In this document: positions 27,552 to 37,708 of the stretch, piece by piece
Numbering within the stretch: the first letter of the stretch is position 1
Layout of the letters: the number at the start of each line of letters is the position of its first letter
Virus record (IMG/VR): IMGVR_UViG_3300044814_000016
Coordinates: 1 to 63,666 of that record
Length of the DNA: 63,666 nt
Origin: a virus
Taxonomy: Duplodnaviria; Caudoviricetes
Reading direction: 5' to 3' (one strand)
Position numbers and translations under genes: made by a program
Notes under the pieces: model-generated
Seen by the model: the letters and a program-made list of their open reading frames with translations, nothing else
Database searches by the model: none
Told to the model about the DNA's origin: nothing

Positions 27552-28094
27552 TCACGTGTTCGACAGCTTGAACACGCCGGACGGGTCCCACACGACCGTG
27601 AACGTCCCGGCGGTGACACCCTGCGTACCACCGAAGTAGTTGAAGCACAGACCCTGCTTCGCGACCGTCCCCGCCGTGATCGTGCTGTCATACACGAGCG
27701 CACCGAACGCCGCGGTGATCGTCACGTTGGAGCCTGAGCCGGTGTTCGCAGCGGTGAAGCTGATCACGCTCGGGGTGGACGCGCCGCCTGCGGTGGTGAT
27801 GCTGACTGCTTTCGTGCCGAGCGCGAGCCCGCCCGCTGGCCAGTTCGCGCCGAGGGTGTCGATGACCTCGTTGCCGGTCACCCAGACACCCGTGTTGTAC
27901 CCGGTTGACCCGACTGCCGCGCTCGCGTCCGGTGTCGTCGTGTTGTTGAACAGGGCCGCGTTGATCGTGTCCGCCGCGAGGCTCGCGAACCCCGTCGCAG
28001 CGGAGCCGCCTGCCCCGGCGAAACCGCGTGTCAGCGGCGACAGGAGCGCCTGCGTGAACACCCGGCTATTCGGTGAGTTCGTCGTCCAGCTCAT
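27552..28094 (-). CDS. Putative virion fibre/appendage subunit
   Basis: 180 aa Thr/Gly/Ala-rich; GALVYD...LCFNYFGG...GTFTVVWD.SG pattern resembling small phage fibre proteins. Confidence 0.65.
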   Translation of the reverse strand: MSWTTNSPNSRVFTQALLSPLTRGFAGAGGSAATGFASLAADTINAALFNNTTTPDASAAVGSTGYNTGVWVTGNEVIDTLGANWPAGGLALGTKAVSITTAGGASTPSVISFTAANTGSGSNVTITAAFGALVYDSTITAGTVAKQGLCFNYFGGTQGVTAGTFTVVWDPSGVFKLSNT

Positions 28095-28097
28095 GAC

Positions 28098-28415
28098 TCA
28101 GCTCCCTGTCCCGGTGACCGCGTAACCCGCGAACACAGCCGCGTCGTTCGACCCGTCTGCCCGCTCAGTCACCACAGCCATGTACGGCCTGCCGTTGTCG
28201 CCCTTGCGCTGCTGCTCACGCCCGAGGTAGTCACCGCGCTCAACGGCGTACACCTTGCAGTCCACGCCCACGGGCACCATCGGCGCGCTGAGCATATGCA
28301 GCGACGGGCACGTGTGCATGCGAGCGGCGTTCGGCGGCATCGGCCGCGTACGGTCCTCGGCGTGGCAGTTCGGGCAGTGCCAGTCCTGCCAAGCGTCGAG
28401 GATGAACAGGCTCAC
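28098..28415 (-). CDS. Hypothetical Zn-binding protein
   Basis: WHCPNC...HTCP. Confidence 0.6.
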   Translation of the reverse strand: MSLFILDAWQDWHCPNCHAEDRTRPMPPNAARMHTCPSLHMLSAPMVPVGVDCKVYAVERGDYLGREQQRKGDNGRPYMAVVTERADGSNDAAVFAGYAVTGTGS

Positions 28416-28735
28416 CCGGCACCACCAGAGGGCGGTGCGTGCGAGCCGATCCCGGCGGCCTGCGCGTGAGCGAACGTGCCGTTGACGCGCAGCACGTCAG
28501 CGGCACCGGGGGTGACCAGCTTCGAGGCCAGTTGGTCAGCGAGTTCCGTGAAGATCCTCGCCCAGTCACGGGCGTCAGCCTCACCCATCAGCGCGGTCAG
28601 CGTCGTCGTGTTGCTGCGGAACGTCGCGACACCGACCTTGCCCGCTGACGTGTCGAGTGACCCGGTCTCAAGGCTCACGGGGGTGGAGGCTAGCAGCGGG
28701 TTGTTCGGGTCGAGGAACGGTGCCTGCGGTGTCAA
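28412..28735 (-). CDS. Hypothetical protein, paralog of 61700..61981
   Basis: TFRSNTTTLTALM...DA..W; GGGAGA upstream of TTG. Confidence 0.65.
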   Translation of the reverse strand: MTPQAPFLDPNNPLLASTPVSLETGSLDTSAGKVGVATFRSNTTTLTALMGEADARDWARIFTELADQLASKLVTPGAADVLRVNGTFAHAQAAGIGSHAPPSGGAG

Positions 28736-28804
28736 GGTGTCTCCCGTTGGTCGGTCGGGTTGTCACCTTGAGGGTACGCCCGTCATGAGGGACGCGGTAT
28801 CAGG

Positions 28805-28876
28805 CAGCGCCAGCGGGATTCGAACCCGCCCCGTCCGGTACAGCCCGGCCGTGTCCGTCCTCTACACCATGGCGCT
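28805..28876 (-). tRNA. tRNA-like element with aberrant 6-nt anticodon loop (possibly degenerate tRNA-Tyr GTA)
   Basis: Acceptor AGCGCCA/TGGCGCT, D stem GTGT/ACAC, T arm GCGGG-TTCGAAT-CCCGC; anticodon arm CCGG-GCTGTA-CCGG; no encoded CCA. Confidence 0.7.
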
Positions 28877-28879
28877 TGA

Positions 28880-28920
28880 CCGTTCCCTCGCCCCGGTGCC
28901 TGCCAGGGGCGAGGGAACGG
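28880..28920. repeat. Perfect 15-bp-stem hairpin immediately 5' of the tRNA-like element
   Basis: ccgttccctcgcccc-N11-ggggcgagggaacgg. Confidence 0.85.
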
Positions 28921-28979
28921 CAGGGGAGACAGCAGCCCCTCGAACCGCCGGCCGTCACCCGTCTCTACACTGCCACTCG

Positions 28980-29225
28980 CTACCCGCGCCTGTCACGGGC
29001 TGCGGTGCGCTGGCGCAGGGGCGGGGCCATCATCGCGACGACGCGCTGCATCACCTGCGGCATGATCGTGATCCCCGGCGGGCCAGCCGGTGAGCGCCTG
29101 CGACCCGTGACCGTGCCCCGCGGCGAGTTCCCCATCCGGTTGCGGACGTGACCGTTCCACTCACCTCTCGGGCGCGTCAGCTTGCCCCCGTGCCACTCAC
29201 GGACCCTCGCCATGCTGCTCACCAC
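28980..29225 (-). CDS. Small basic hypothetical protein
   Basis: Arg-rich ~80 aa, GGAGG upstream. Confidence 0.45.
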   Translation of the reverse strand: MVSSMARVREWHGGKLTRPRGEWNGHVRNRMGNSPRGTVTGRRRSPAGPPGITIMPQVMQRVVAMMAPPLRQRTAARDRRG

Positions 29226-29251
29226 AGACCGCCTCCGCTCGGTTGACCTGC

Positions 29252-29288
29252 TCGATATCAGCTAAACCACCGGACTAGCTGATATCGA
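29252..29288. promoter_or_regulatory. Perfect 13-bp inverted repeat, candidate operator
   Basis: tcgatatcagcta-N11-tagctgatatcga, intergenic, relatively AT-rich. Confidence 0.5.
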
Positions 29289-29331
29289 CGCTCACGGCAT
29301 CCAGCGTGAACCACGTCATCTCACATGGGCG

Positions 29332-31028
29332 CTAGGGTACAGGGCGGTTAGCCGCCGCGTCCGCGTCGAACGTGGGGTCAGTCGAGCTAGCGTACGGCCC
29401 GGCCTGCGAGCAGTCGCAAACCTGGCACGTGTACTCGCGTACCCGGTTCGTGATGACCGGGGCACCGCACTGCCAGCAGGTCAGGTGCAGGTGCCTCACG
29501 ACCTGCTTCACCGTGGGGGACGTCCACGCTGTCGGGGCACCCTCGCAGTCACGCTCGCACCAGTCAGGCTCAGGCGGGGGCTTCCACGGTCGCGGCGGCG
29601 GGACGCGCGGTCCTGGCATCAGCCCTCACCACTCAGGATCACCTGCTCGGCGCGGCGCATCCACGCCTCAGCCATGCACCACGAGTAGGCGGCCTGCTGC
29701 GGTACCGGCGTGACCATCGCGAGGGCCACGTGCCGCATGACGTAGACCATGATCGCGTCAACCTCCCGGCTGCTCATTGCCGAACCGCTTCCTGAACAGC
29801 AGCCGGTAGACGGGGCCGACCCGGCGCCAGCCCGCGTAAGCCGGGTTGCCTGGATGCACCGACCGCCACAGCCGCCCGCAGTCGCACCGGACGATGACGC
29901 CCGGCCTGTCGGGCTCGCTCAGGTAGTCACGCGGGCAACTGTGCGGGTGGTAGATCTCAGCCATCCACACGGCGTACCTCCTTGAGTTCCTTGAGGCAGA
30001 CGGTGCTGCGCTCGCCTGCTAGGAACGGGGCGATAGCGAGCCACTTGACTACCAGGTCGCAGTCCAAGGCGGTATGCCCGACGACTTCCGCCGGGTACGG
30101 AACTCCGTGGTGGCTTATGAGGTGGACTCGTTCACCCACCTGGTAGTCAGCCGCGTTCACGGGGTACCTCCACGATGTCACCCATCACGAACAGGGGCGG
30201 CAGTTGCGTGATGTGCAGGTACAGGCCGTCGTCATGCGGGGCGATCATCAGGCTCTCCGGGTGGTCAGCCAGGTCAGCGGCGGTCAGGTGCACGTCACCG
30301 CCGCAGCGGCGCACCAGCGCCGTGATGATGCGGATCGCGCCGCTGCGCTCCCGGCCCAGAGCCGCTATCTCCGTCATGTCAATCATTCCGGTTCACGTCC
30401 CTTGCGATCTGTCCCGTACCTGGTGTTCAGGTACGCGTCCCACGACGCGCGGTACGCCTGGACCGAGGCCCACGCGACGTGGAACGCCACGCGGCCGGGT
30501 TTCATCTGGCCGAGGGCCGTCTTGCGGTTCCTCGACTGGGCGATGACCTTGCGGGCCGCTTTCGCCGCCGCGCGCATCGCCTGCTCCTCCGGGCTGTCAG
30601 TCATTCAGTTCACGTCCCTTGCGATGATCTCGTCGGTTGTCCACACACGACAACGGCACTCCCACCAGCACATCGCGAAGCTGTAGCGGACACGCCAGAG
30701 GCAACGAGGGCAGAACATCATCCCGCCCCCAGCAGCCAGGTCAGCGCGTACAGCAGCACCGCACCCGCAGCGCAGCCGAGCAGGAACGCGTCACCCCGGT
30801 TCACCCGCCGCCGCCGTTGAATACCTGCTCACGCGGGTGTGAGCACAGCGGGTCGAGGCAGCAGTACCAGCCCGGTGCGGGCAGCGGCATACCGGGCCAT
30901 GCACCCCACATCATCGGCCCGACACGCGCAGCGCACGCTACCCCGTCACAGCAGGCCAGCATGCCGGTCATGACCGCGTGCAGCCGTTCCGGCGGCTGCT
31001 CGTGATTGCACCAGGCGCAGCGCGTCAT
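29332..31028 (-). other. String of small hypothetical genes, several Cys-rich (29332..29619, 29619..29777, 29758..29964, 29957..30181, 30147..30386, 30383..30604, 30605..30721, 30801..31028)
   Basis: Overlapping start/stop packing on minus strand; CxxC motifs. Confidence 0.6.
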
Positions 31029-31957
31029 CCCGCGTCCAGCTCCCTCAGGCGCTGCGGTACCACCACCGGGATACGCGGGTCATCAGCAGGGATGCCGAAG
31101 TCACCGAGAAGCGCCATGATGAACCGCTGAAGGTTCTGCGCCTGCTGCACCTGCAAGTCAACGAGGCGTTCCGCGACGTTCGCCCGCAGTGCGGCTTCGC
31201 AGTTCGACTGGAGCACCGCCTCACGAGACTGGCGGATCTGCTGCCACATGCTCGTGCGGGCACCGTAGGTTGTCTTCCGCCCGGTCACGTCGTCGTCAGT
31301 CTCCGTGAGCCTGCCCCACACCAGCTCGTCCCGCTCCAGGGACGCGCACGTCACGTCGAGTCGAGCGACTTCACCGGCGAGGACGCGGACGCGCCACAGC
31401 AGCGCCTGAGCGGGGCCGATGTCGAGCGGTTCACCCGCGATCGGGTTGTTGCGCTGCTCGACGGCAACGAGGTGCTTGAGCTTCCCGCCGCGCCCCTGGT
31501 GCATGCGGCAGGTGGCGGTGCCCTCCATGACCGGGCCGTGACAGCGGGAGCCGTCGCGGTTGAAGCACTTGCCGTGCCACTGGTTGTGACCTGCGCAGTA
31601 CCAGGTGCCGGGCAATCGTATAGGTTCTGTTGGTCGTATACGACCCTGATCGCTGCTCCCTGCCCGGTTGAGGCGGAATGTCTTGTCGAACGCGGCAATC
31701 GTCAGGGCTGCCTGTTTCGCGATCTCAAGGGCGGGGTTCGCTACCGGGCGTCCCTCACGGTCGATGAGGATGTCGGTTTGGCTGAGGAGCTCGGCTGCTC
31801 GCTGCTGTGCCTGCACTGCTGAGACGTAGGCGGTGAGGCTGTTGGGGTCTACTCGGGCTCGTGTGCCTGCGGCGAGTAGCTGGGTGAGGGTGTCACGCCA
31901 GATGCGCTTGCCGGCGTCGTTGAGGTAGTCGGGTGGTGTGAGGTCCCGGTCAGTCAT
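31025..31957 (-). CDS. terS: Terminase small subunit (P27-like N-terminus, Cys/His middle domain, helical C-terminus)
   Basis: PPDYLNDAGKRIW...LTAYV...PVANPALEI (P27-like); C...GSRC...CRMHQG (HGGxSTG-like). Confidence 0.75.
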   Translation of the reverse strand: MTDRDLTPPDYLNDAGKRIWRDTLTQLLAAGTRARVDPNSLTAYVSAVQAQQRAAELLSQTDILIDREGRPVANPALEIAKQAALTIAAFDKTFRLNRAGSSDQGRIRPTEPIRLPGTWYCAGHNQWHGKCFNRDGSRCHGPVMEGTATCRMHQGRGGKLKHLVAVEQRNNPIAGEPLDIGPAQALLWRVRVLAGEVARLDVTCASLERDELVWGRLTETDDDVTGRKTTYGARTSMWQQIRQSREAVLQSNCEAALRANVAERLVDLQVQQAQNLQRFIMALLGDFGIPADDPRIPVVVPQRLRELDAG

Positions 31958-32047
31958 GGTGTCCCCTGTCGAGCATGAACGCGAATATGCAGCAGAGACC
32001 GATGATGCTGCCGATCGCGAACGCTGCGATGAGGATCAGGGCGAGGG

Positions 32048-33898
32048 TCATATCGGGTATTCCCATCTGATGGTGACGTGAGTGCCGCACCAGCCGCACC
32101 AGCCGTCTCCGGCGTAGAACTCGTCACGGTGCGCCTGGCAGACGTTGCCCGTGGGTGCGTACCTGCAGAGAGGGCAGTCGAATGCCATGCGCCAGGCGGC
32201 GAGGCGGCCGCAGTTCGGGTCACCGGGGAGGCGGACCTGGCACGCGGCGTCGCCGTCGAGGAGTTCGTCGATGACGTCGAGGTCTGTGCTGGTGCTCATG
32301 TGTTCCCGTCCCAGGGTTGCCAGCCGGTGCTTGCCAGGTACGTTTCCTGTTTCAGCAGGGTGTCACCGCCTGAGTCGCGGATCTCTTCCGGGTCGCTGCC
32401 CTCGCACCAGACTTTGCCGTTGCGCATCGCGCGGTACGTGATGCTGAACATTCGGCGTGACGGCGGAGGGACGAGGGTCAGGATCTCGTCGGCCATGGCC
32501 AGCAGGTGATCTCGCTCCTTGATGTCATGATCAGTGAGCGTTGACGGGTCGTCAGCCATCCAGTTGCTGTGACTCGCCCGGTCGTCCTGGCGGGTGTACC
32601 CCTGCTGGTAGCACCACATGAGCCAGGCAAGCTGCTCGCGTGGTGTGATGCTGTGTGTCATTGTCATTGATCAGTCTCCTCGTGCGTTGCGGGTCTTGAC
32701 GCGTAGCAGGATGTGTACCTGCTCCCACGGTGCTGCTTCGGGTACCGGCTCAGTGCCGGGCAGGCTGGTCAAGTGGTAGGTGATCTTCTCCGCCGGGAGC
32801 GTGACCGGGAGTACATGTTTCTCGATCAGCTCCTCCAGTAGCTGATGCTGCATCTGCTTGCGCGTGTGATCGCGGTACCTCGGCAGCGCCCACTCTTCAC
32901 GCCACGCCACGTGCATTGTGGCGTGCACGTTGTCCGCGTGGGTAAGTGCCGCTGTAGCGAGCGCCGAAGCCGCGCCGGGCGGCAGCTCGATACCGAGGCG
33001 CGCTGCCGCCTCGGCTACAGCCTGCGTCGTCGTCTCCGGGTTCACGTGAACCACACGATCCCCTCGGCGTTGGGCTGGTCACCGCCGTGCGTCGTCTGAA
33101 TCGGGCCGACGACGATGTACACGCCGTTGCGGTACTCGACCTGCGGCTGCTCACCGACGCCGCGCTTGAAGTAGACCTTCAGCTCGAAAGCCCACGCCTC
33201 AGCGGCTTCCTGCTCCCGGCCGGGGCCAGCGGTGAAGAACGCACCAGCCAGCACCATTCGCGGCTCAGTCTGGCACGAGTGGGTCTTCGGTCCCCGGCCG
33301 TCCCACCGGGTAGTGGTCGGCTTGTCGTACAGCTCGGTGAGGCGGGCGATGCGAGCAGGGTTCCGGGCGTAGTCGAGTGACCAGCCCAGCTCCGCTTCCA
33401 TCTCGTTGGGTGTCAGCGCCGCGTGGTCAAGCAGGTCATCGAAACGAGGGTCTTCCATCAGTCTTCCTCCCACGGTTGAAGGCAGCACGGCAGCATGGTG
33501 TCGTTGTCGGGTATGTACTCGTGCGGGTACGGCCCGTTCGGGCAGTCGTCCGCGTGCGCCCGGCACATCACGAGCGGCTCGGGCCAGTTCGGGTCATCAC
33601 GGTGCGCGTACGCGTCGGCCTTGAATCGCCGCAGGTCACCTGCGACGTCGTGCCACGGGTCAGCCCACGGGGTGACCGGCTGCCCGTCAGGCCAGAACTT
33701 CACCGCCGGGCGTTGCAGGTACACCGGAGGCGGGTCGTCGATCTCGCTGAGCACGTCAGCGCTGACGAGGATCATGTCCGACCCCTGGATGACCGGGGAC
33801 TCCTGCACGTCCGTGACGTGCTCCGGGATCAGCAGGGACTTGACCCAGCCCCAGTTTTTCTTCCCCGGCGCGACGAACATCACCCAGTCGTCAGTCAT
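32048..33898 (-). other. String of small hypothetical genes (32048..32299, 32296..32667, 32671..33054, 33042..33458, 33458..33898)
   Basis: Consecutive overlapping ORFs with protein-like composition. Confidence 0.6.
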
Positions 33899-34160
33899 GG
33901 CACTCACGCGCCTCGTACACGAACGCTGAGACTGAGCCGACGACGGTGAACTCCTCGATGACGTCACCCTCCGGTGAGATGTGCCACCATGCCTGGCAGC
34001 GGGGGCACCAGCCGCAGGCTGATCCCTTCGGGTGCGGCTTCGGCGTGAGCGCGAGCGCGTGCGACGGGCAGAAACCCTCACCGATCGCGGCGAGCGCCTG
34101 TTCGTACCAGCCCTCCGGTATCGGCTCACCGTGCCCGATGTCCACGTGATGCTGAGTCAT
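33891..34160 (-). CDS. Zn-finger protein, paralog A
   Basis: IGEGFCPSH...GWCPRCQAWW. Confidence 0.65.
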   Translation of the reverse strand: MTQHHVDIGHGEPIPEGWYEQALAAIGEGFCPSHALALTPKPHPKGSACGWCPRCQAWWHISPEGDVIEEFTVVGSVSAFVYEARECHD

Positions 34161-34399
34161 GTCGCCGCCCCGTACAGGAGCGAGTCGACGTCACCGACCG
34201 GGAGCGTCTTGCAGACGTACGGGCCGTCGCACATGTGCTCGAAGCACCGCTCGCGGTCGATCCACCACCACGCTTCGCAGTAGGTGCACCAGCCGGGGCG
34301 GTCACGGAAGCTACCGAGGGGTTCCATGTGCTCAGGGCAGAAGCCCTCGCCGACTGACGCGATCGCCCTCGGGAACCAGGTGTCGTCATCCCAGAGCAT
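34157..34399 (-). CDS. Zn-finger protein, paralog B
   Basis: VGEGFCPEH...GWCTYCEAWW. Confidence 0.65.
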   Translation of the reverse strand: MLWDDDTWFPRAIASVGEGFCPEHMEPLGSFRDRPGWCTYCEAWWWIDRERCFEHMCDGPYVCKTLPVGDVDSLLYGAAT

Positions 34400-34401
34400 G
34401 G

Positions 34402-34929
34402 TCACGTCCAGACGATGCCGGTGCCGCACGGGCCACCGGGCCGGTCGATGATCTCCGTTGTGCGGTAGCGGGCGCGGATGTCCTGCCACGCGACCGGGAC
34501 CTGTATCTCCGGGTGACCGGGGTAGCCCTGCGTGTCGTGCACGACGATGATCCCGCCCGGTTCGGTGAGCGCCCCGTACATGCCGAAGTCACTCGCGGCG
34601 GTCACCAGGTCATGGCCGCCGTCGATGACCACGACCTGCGGCTGATGATCGCCCAGTGCCTCGACGACGGTCGCGTACGTCTCCATGTCCATGCTGTTCC
34701 CGGTGACCAGCGCGACGGGGAGCCCCAGGCTCTGGCTTGTCTCCTTCGCGTGCTCGTGCTCCTCGACGTCGACCGAGATGACGCGCCGCATCGACGGGAA
34801 CTGAGCGAGCGCCCAGATCAGCCCGCCCTGGTTCGTGCCGATCTCAAGCACCGTCTCAGGCCGGATCGAGGCGAGCAGCGAGAGCAGCACGGTGAGTTCG
34901 TACTCACTATGCAGCGCCCGGTGACGCAT
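34402..34929 (-). CDS. Class I SAM-dependent methyltransferase (Methyltransf_24/CmcI-like)
   Basis: VLEIGTNQGG, ISVD, GNS, IDGGH, PGGIIVVHD. Confidence 0.85.
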   Translation of the reverse strand: MRHRALHSEYELTVLLSLLASIRPETVLEIGTNQGGLIWALAQFPSMRRVISVDVEEHEHAKETSQSLGLPVALVTGNSMDMETYATVVEALGDHQPQVVVIDGGHDLVTAASDFGMYGALTEPGGIIVVHDTQGYPGHPEIQVPVAWQDIRARYRTTEIIDRPGGPCGTGIVWT

Positions 34930-34943
34930 GATGGCAGCGCGCG

Positions 34944-37708
34944 CTACCGGCCGCCACTGGGATCCAGGTCCACGAGTATCCATGCTTGTCCTTTCGCGTC
35001 GGGGCATACGCTGCCGCCGTGCTGGTAGTAAAGCTCGGTTCCGTGATCGAAGCCGTGCATCATGATCAGGGTCTCGCACATCGCCAGTTCCAGCGTCGCG
35101 CGAGCCATCACCTCAGTGATCGTCTCCCACGAGAGGCCCACTTCCTCGTCAGCGACGTGCGCCATGCTGACCATCGCCGGGCACCTCATGGATTCCTTGA
35201 CTTGTACAGGTGCGGCCATTCTTTGTCCCTCTCCGCGTCGTTCAGTGTGATACCGCAGTTGCATTGGATCAGCCGGTGGCCGGGCGGGGCATGCCCGTCT
35301 AGCGGGGCCAGGGTCATCGTGTCCGGGTCGTAGTCCTCCTCGGGGATCACGCGGGTTAGCCTCGGGTCGCTCCCGTCACAGGTTCGGCTCACGCCTCCTC
35401 AGCTCGGTCATGGGCCTCCGCCTGGCCCACCTGTGATGGGCCTGACGGCGCTCGAAGTGCCTCGGCATCGTGCTGCTGATGATGCGCTGGAACGCGCCAG
35501 CCCGCGCCTGGAAGCCGTAAGCGGGCGGCTCGCAGAACGTGCACATCCAGAGCCACGGGTGCCGCCCCCACTTCCCCTCCGCGTACCGGGAGCTGCCGCT
35601 GTAGTCGATGTGCGTGTTCTGCCAGATGTAGAACTTGCGCACCTTCGGGCGCTCGTGGTTCGTGCACGGCGGGTTGCGCCAGCTTCGCTGCGTCACGCTG
35701 GCATCTCCCTCAGCAGCAGCACAGCCGCCTCACCTGCGCTGATCGGCTCCCCGTCGAGCGTGAACGTGTCCCGGTGCCGCACGACTCTCGCGATGCCGTT
35801 ATCGACGACGATGTACTCCCGTACGACGGTGAGGCGGCCCTGGAGCAGCTCAACATGGAAGACGTATGGTTTCAGCTCAGACATGGTTCTGTCCCGTCAG
35901 CGTTGCTGTGTGAGCCGTCTGGGTGGACATCTGAGGGGACGCGGTGATCGCTCGCGGCTCGAAGATGCCCCAGCGCCCGCAGCCCCGGCACTGCCGCTCG
36001 TCACGAGTCCGCCACCTGCGCTTCATGTACTCGGCGAACTCGCTGTAGCTCAGGTGCTCGCGCAGCTCGTCCGAGTACCTGCACTCGGGTTCGCACTCAC
36101 CGGGGAACTCGGGCCGTATCGGGCCTCCGCCCGGCTTCAGCCGGAACGGGTAGACCGCCGGCCAGATCATGACGCTCATGTGCCTCTCCCTCTCTCTCGT
36201 GCTCACAGGTCGTAGAGAACCGCCCCGCCGTCATCCGGCGGCAGGTACTCCTGCATCGGCGGTGGCACCGTCCCGATCTGGTTGAACAGGCGAACCGCGG
36301 CGATCCGCTTGTCCCAGACACGCTCTATGAACTCGTCAGTGACCCACGCGGCGACCCGGCGCTCCATGAGGTGCCCCCAGGTGTCGGTGACCCTGAACAC
36401 CAGCTCCCACTGGTGCTCAGTCACGTTGTGCTCCCACGTGCCGCTCACAGCGTCACCCCGTACAGGTCACGGATGCGTTCCATCACGTACCGGCGCAGCA
36501 GCCAGCACTCCGGGCGGTGCGCCCGCTTCGGGTTCACCGAGGGCATCGGGAGACGGATCAGGCTGTTAGGCATCGTCGCTCCACATCTGCATCAGCTCAC
36601 CGAGGGTGTTCGGCTCAGGCCGGTCCCGCTGGTAGATCTTCCACGTCACCCGGCCAGACCTGCCCGTGACGAATGCCCCGGCGGCACCGCGCGTGTAGTG
36701 AAGCACGTGCTCGCACGGATGCAGGGTCACGTTCATCCCGATGACGATCGTCTCGTCATAGAACGGGTCCGGGCACGGGTTGGCGATCGCCGTGCAGGTG
36801 CAGTCGGGCGAGTCCGGGTCTTCGTCGTCGTACCGGCACGCCGGGTTGCGGCTTGAGATCACCGACATCGGGTTGCTCTTGATCGTCTCAGACTGCCCGT
36901 CGCAGCCGGTCACCACACCGCCGCACTGCGGGCACGGGTCGTACCACGTCTCGCGGATCACCGGTGCGCCCTCCGGTACCTGTCCCCGTCCGGGCACGTA
37001 GCGAAGTGCGACGTCCCGCGCTTCTCATTCGGCAGCAGCGCGTCACCCTGCCTGAGGTAGCGGTAGCGGAGCGTCCCTCCCTCGTCGCGCCAGATCGCGA
37101 GCTTGCCGTCCGGGTCGGGTTCGTGGTTGATCGGGTTGCGGTGAACTTCGCTGCCGTTCCTCGGCACGGTCATCGCCCAGTCGATCTCCTGATGACAGCT
37201 ATTGCATTCCTGTGCCATCGCTGGTCTCCCATCTCTCTCTCTTGCGTGATCAGGTGCGCCGCGAGCCCGAGCGTCACCCCGGCGGCCAGCCAGCGGTGCG
37301 CGCGGCACAGCGCCGTGATCGTCGGTACCCTGCCGCCCGCCACCAGGGCAGCCGCCTCGTAGGCGAGCACGGCAGCGGCGGCGTAGTTCACCGTGGCTCG
37401 CACACGTTCGACGTGACGGCGAACCCGTCCGGGGACGTCGCTATCCCCGTCCCGTGCAGGTCATCCATCACCCACCGCCCGTCGAGCACTGACGTCGCGA
37501 TCATGTGACAGCGGCGGGTACGGCAGCGCCACAGCACCGCCGTTGTGATGCTCGCGCCGTTGAACAGCGACGCCGGGCGTACCTGCGACTGCACCGGCAC
37601 GTAACGGTGCTTGTGCAACAGCACCGGCAGGATGATCAGCATGAGCAGCGCGCCGAGCGCGACACCGAGCCCGGTGTACCCCCACGTCGCCCAGTTCACC
37701 GCTCCCAT
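34944..37708 (-). other. String of small hypothetical genes (e.g. 34944..35219, 35376..35696, 35693..35884, 35877..36206, 36203..36448, 36566..36997, 36958..37218, 37388..37708)
   Basis: Overlapping minus-strand ORFs, several Cys-rich or with a TM helix. Confidence 0.55.

Noticed and set aside
28805-28876. Functional decoding tRNA-Tyr or an attP site
   Set aside because: No register gives a 7-nt anticodon loop with a paired stem, and no integrase is present
28921-28975. Second tRNA-like element (GTGTAGA and GGTTCGA on minus strand)
   Set aside because: No T stem or acceptor stem could be formed around these motifs
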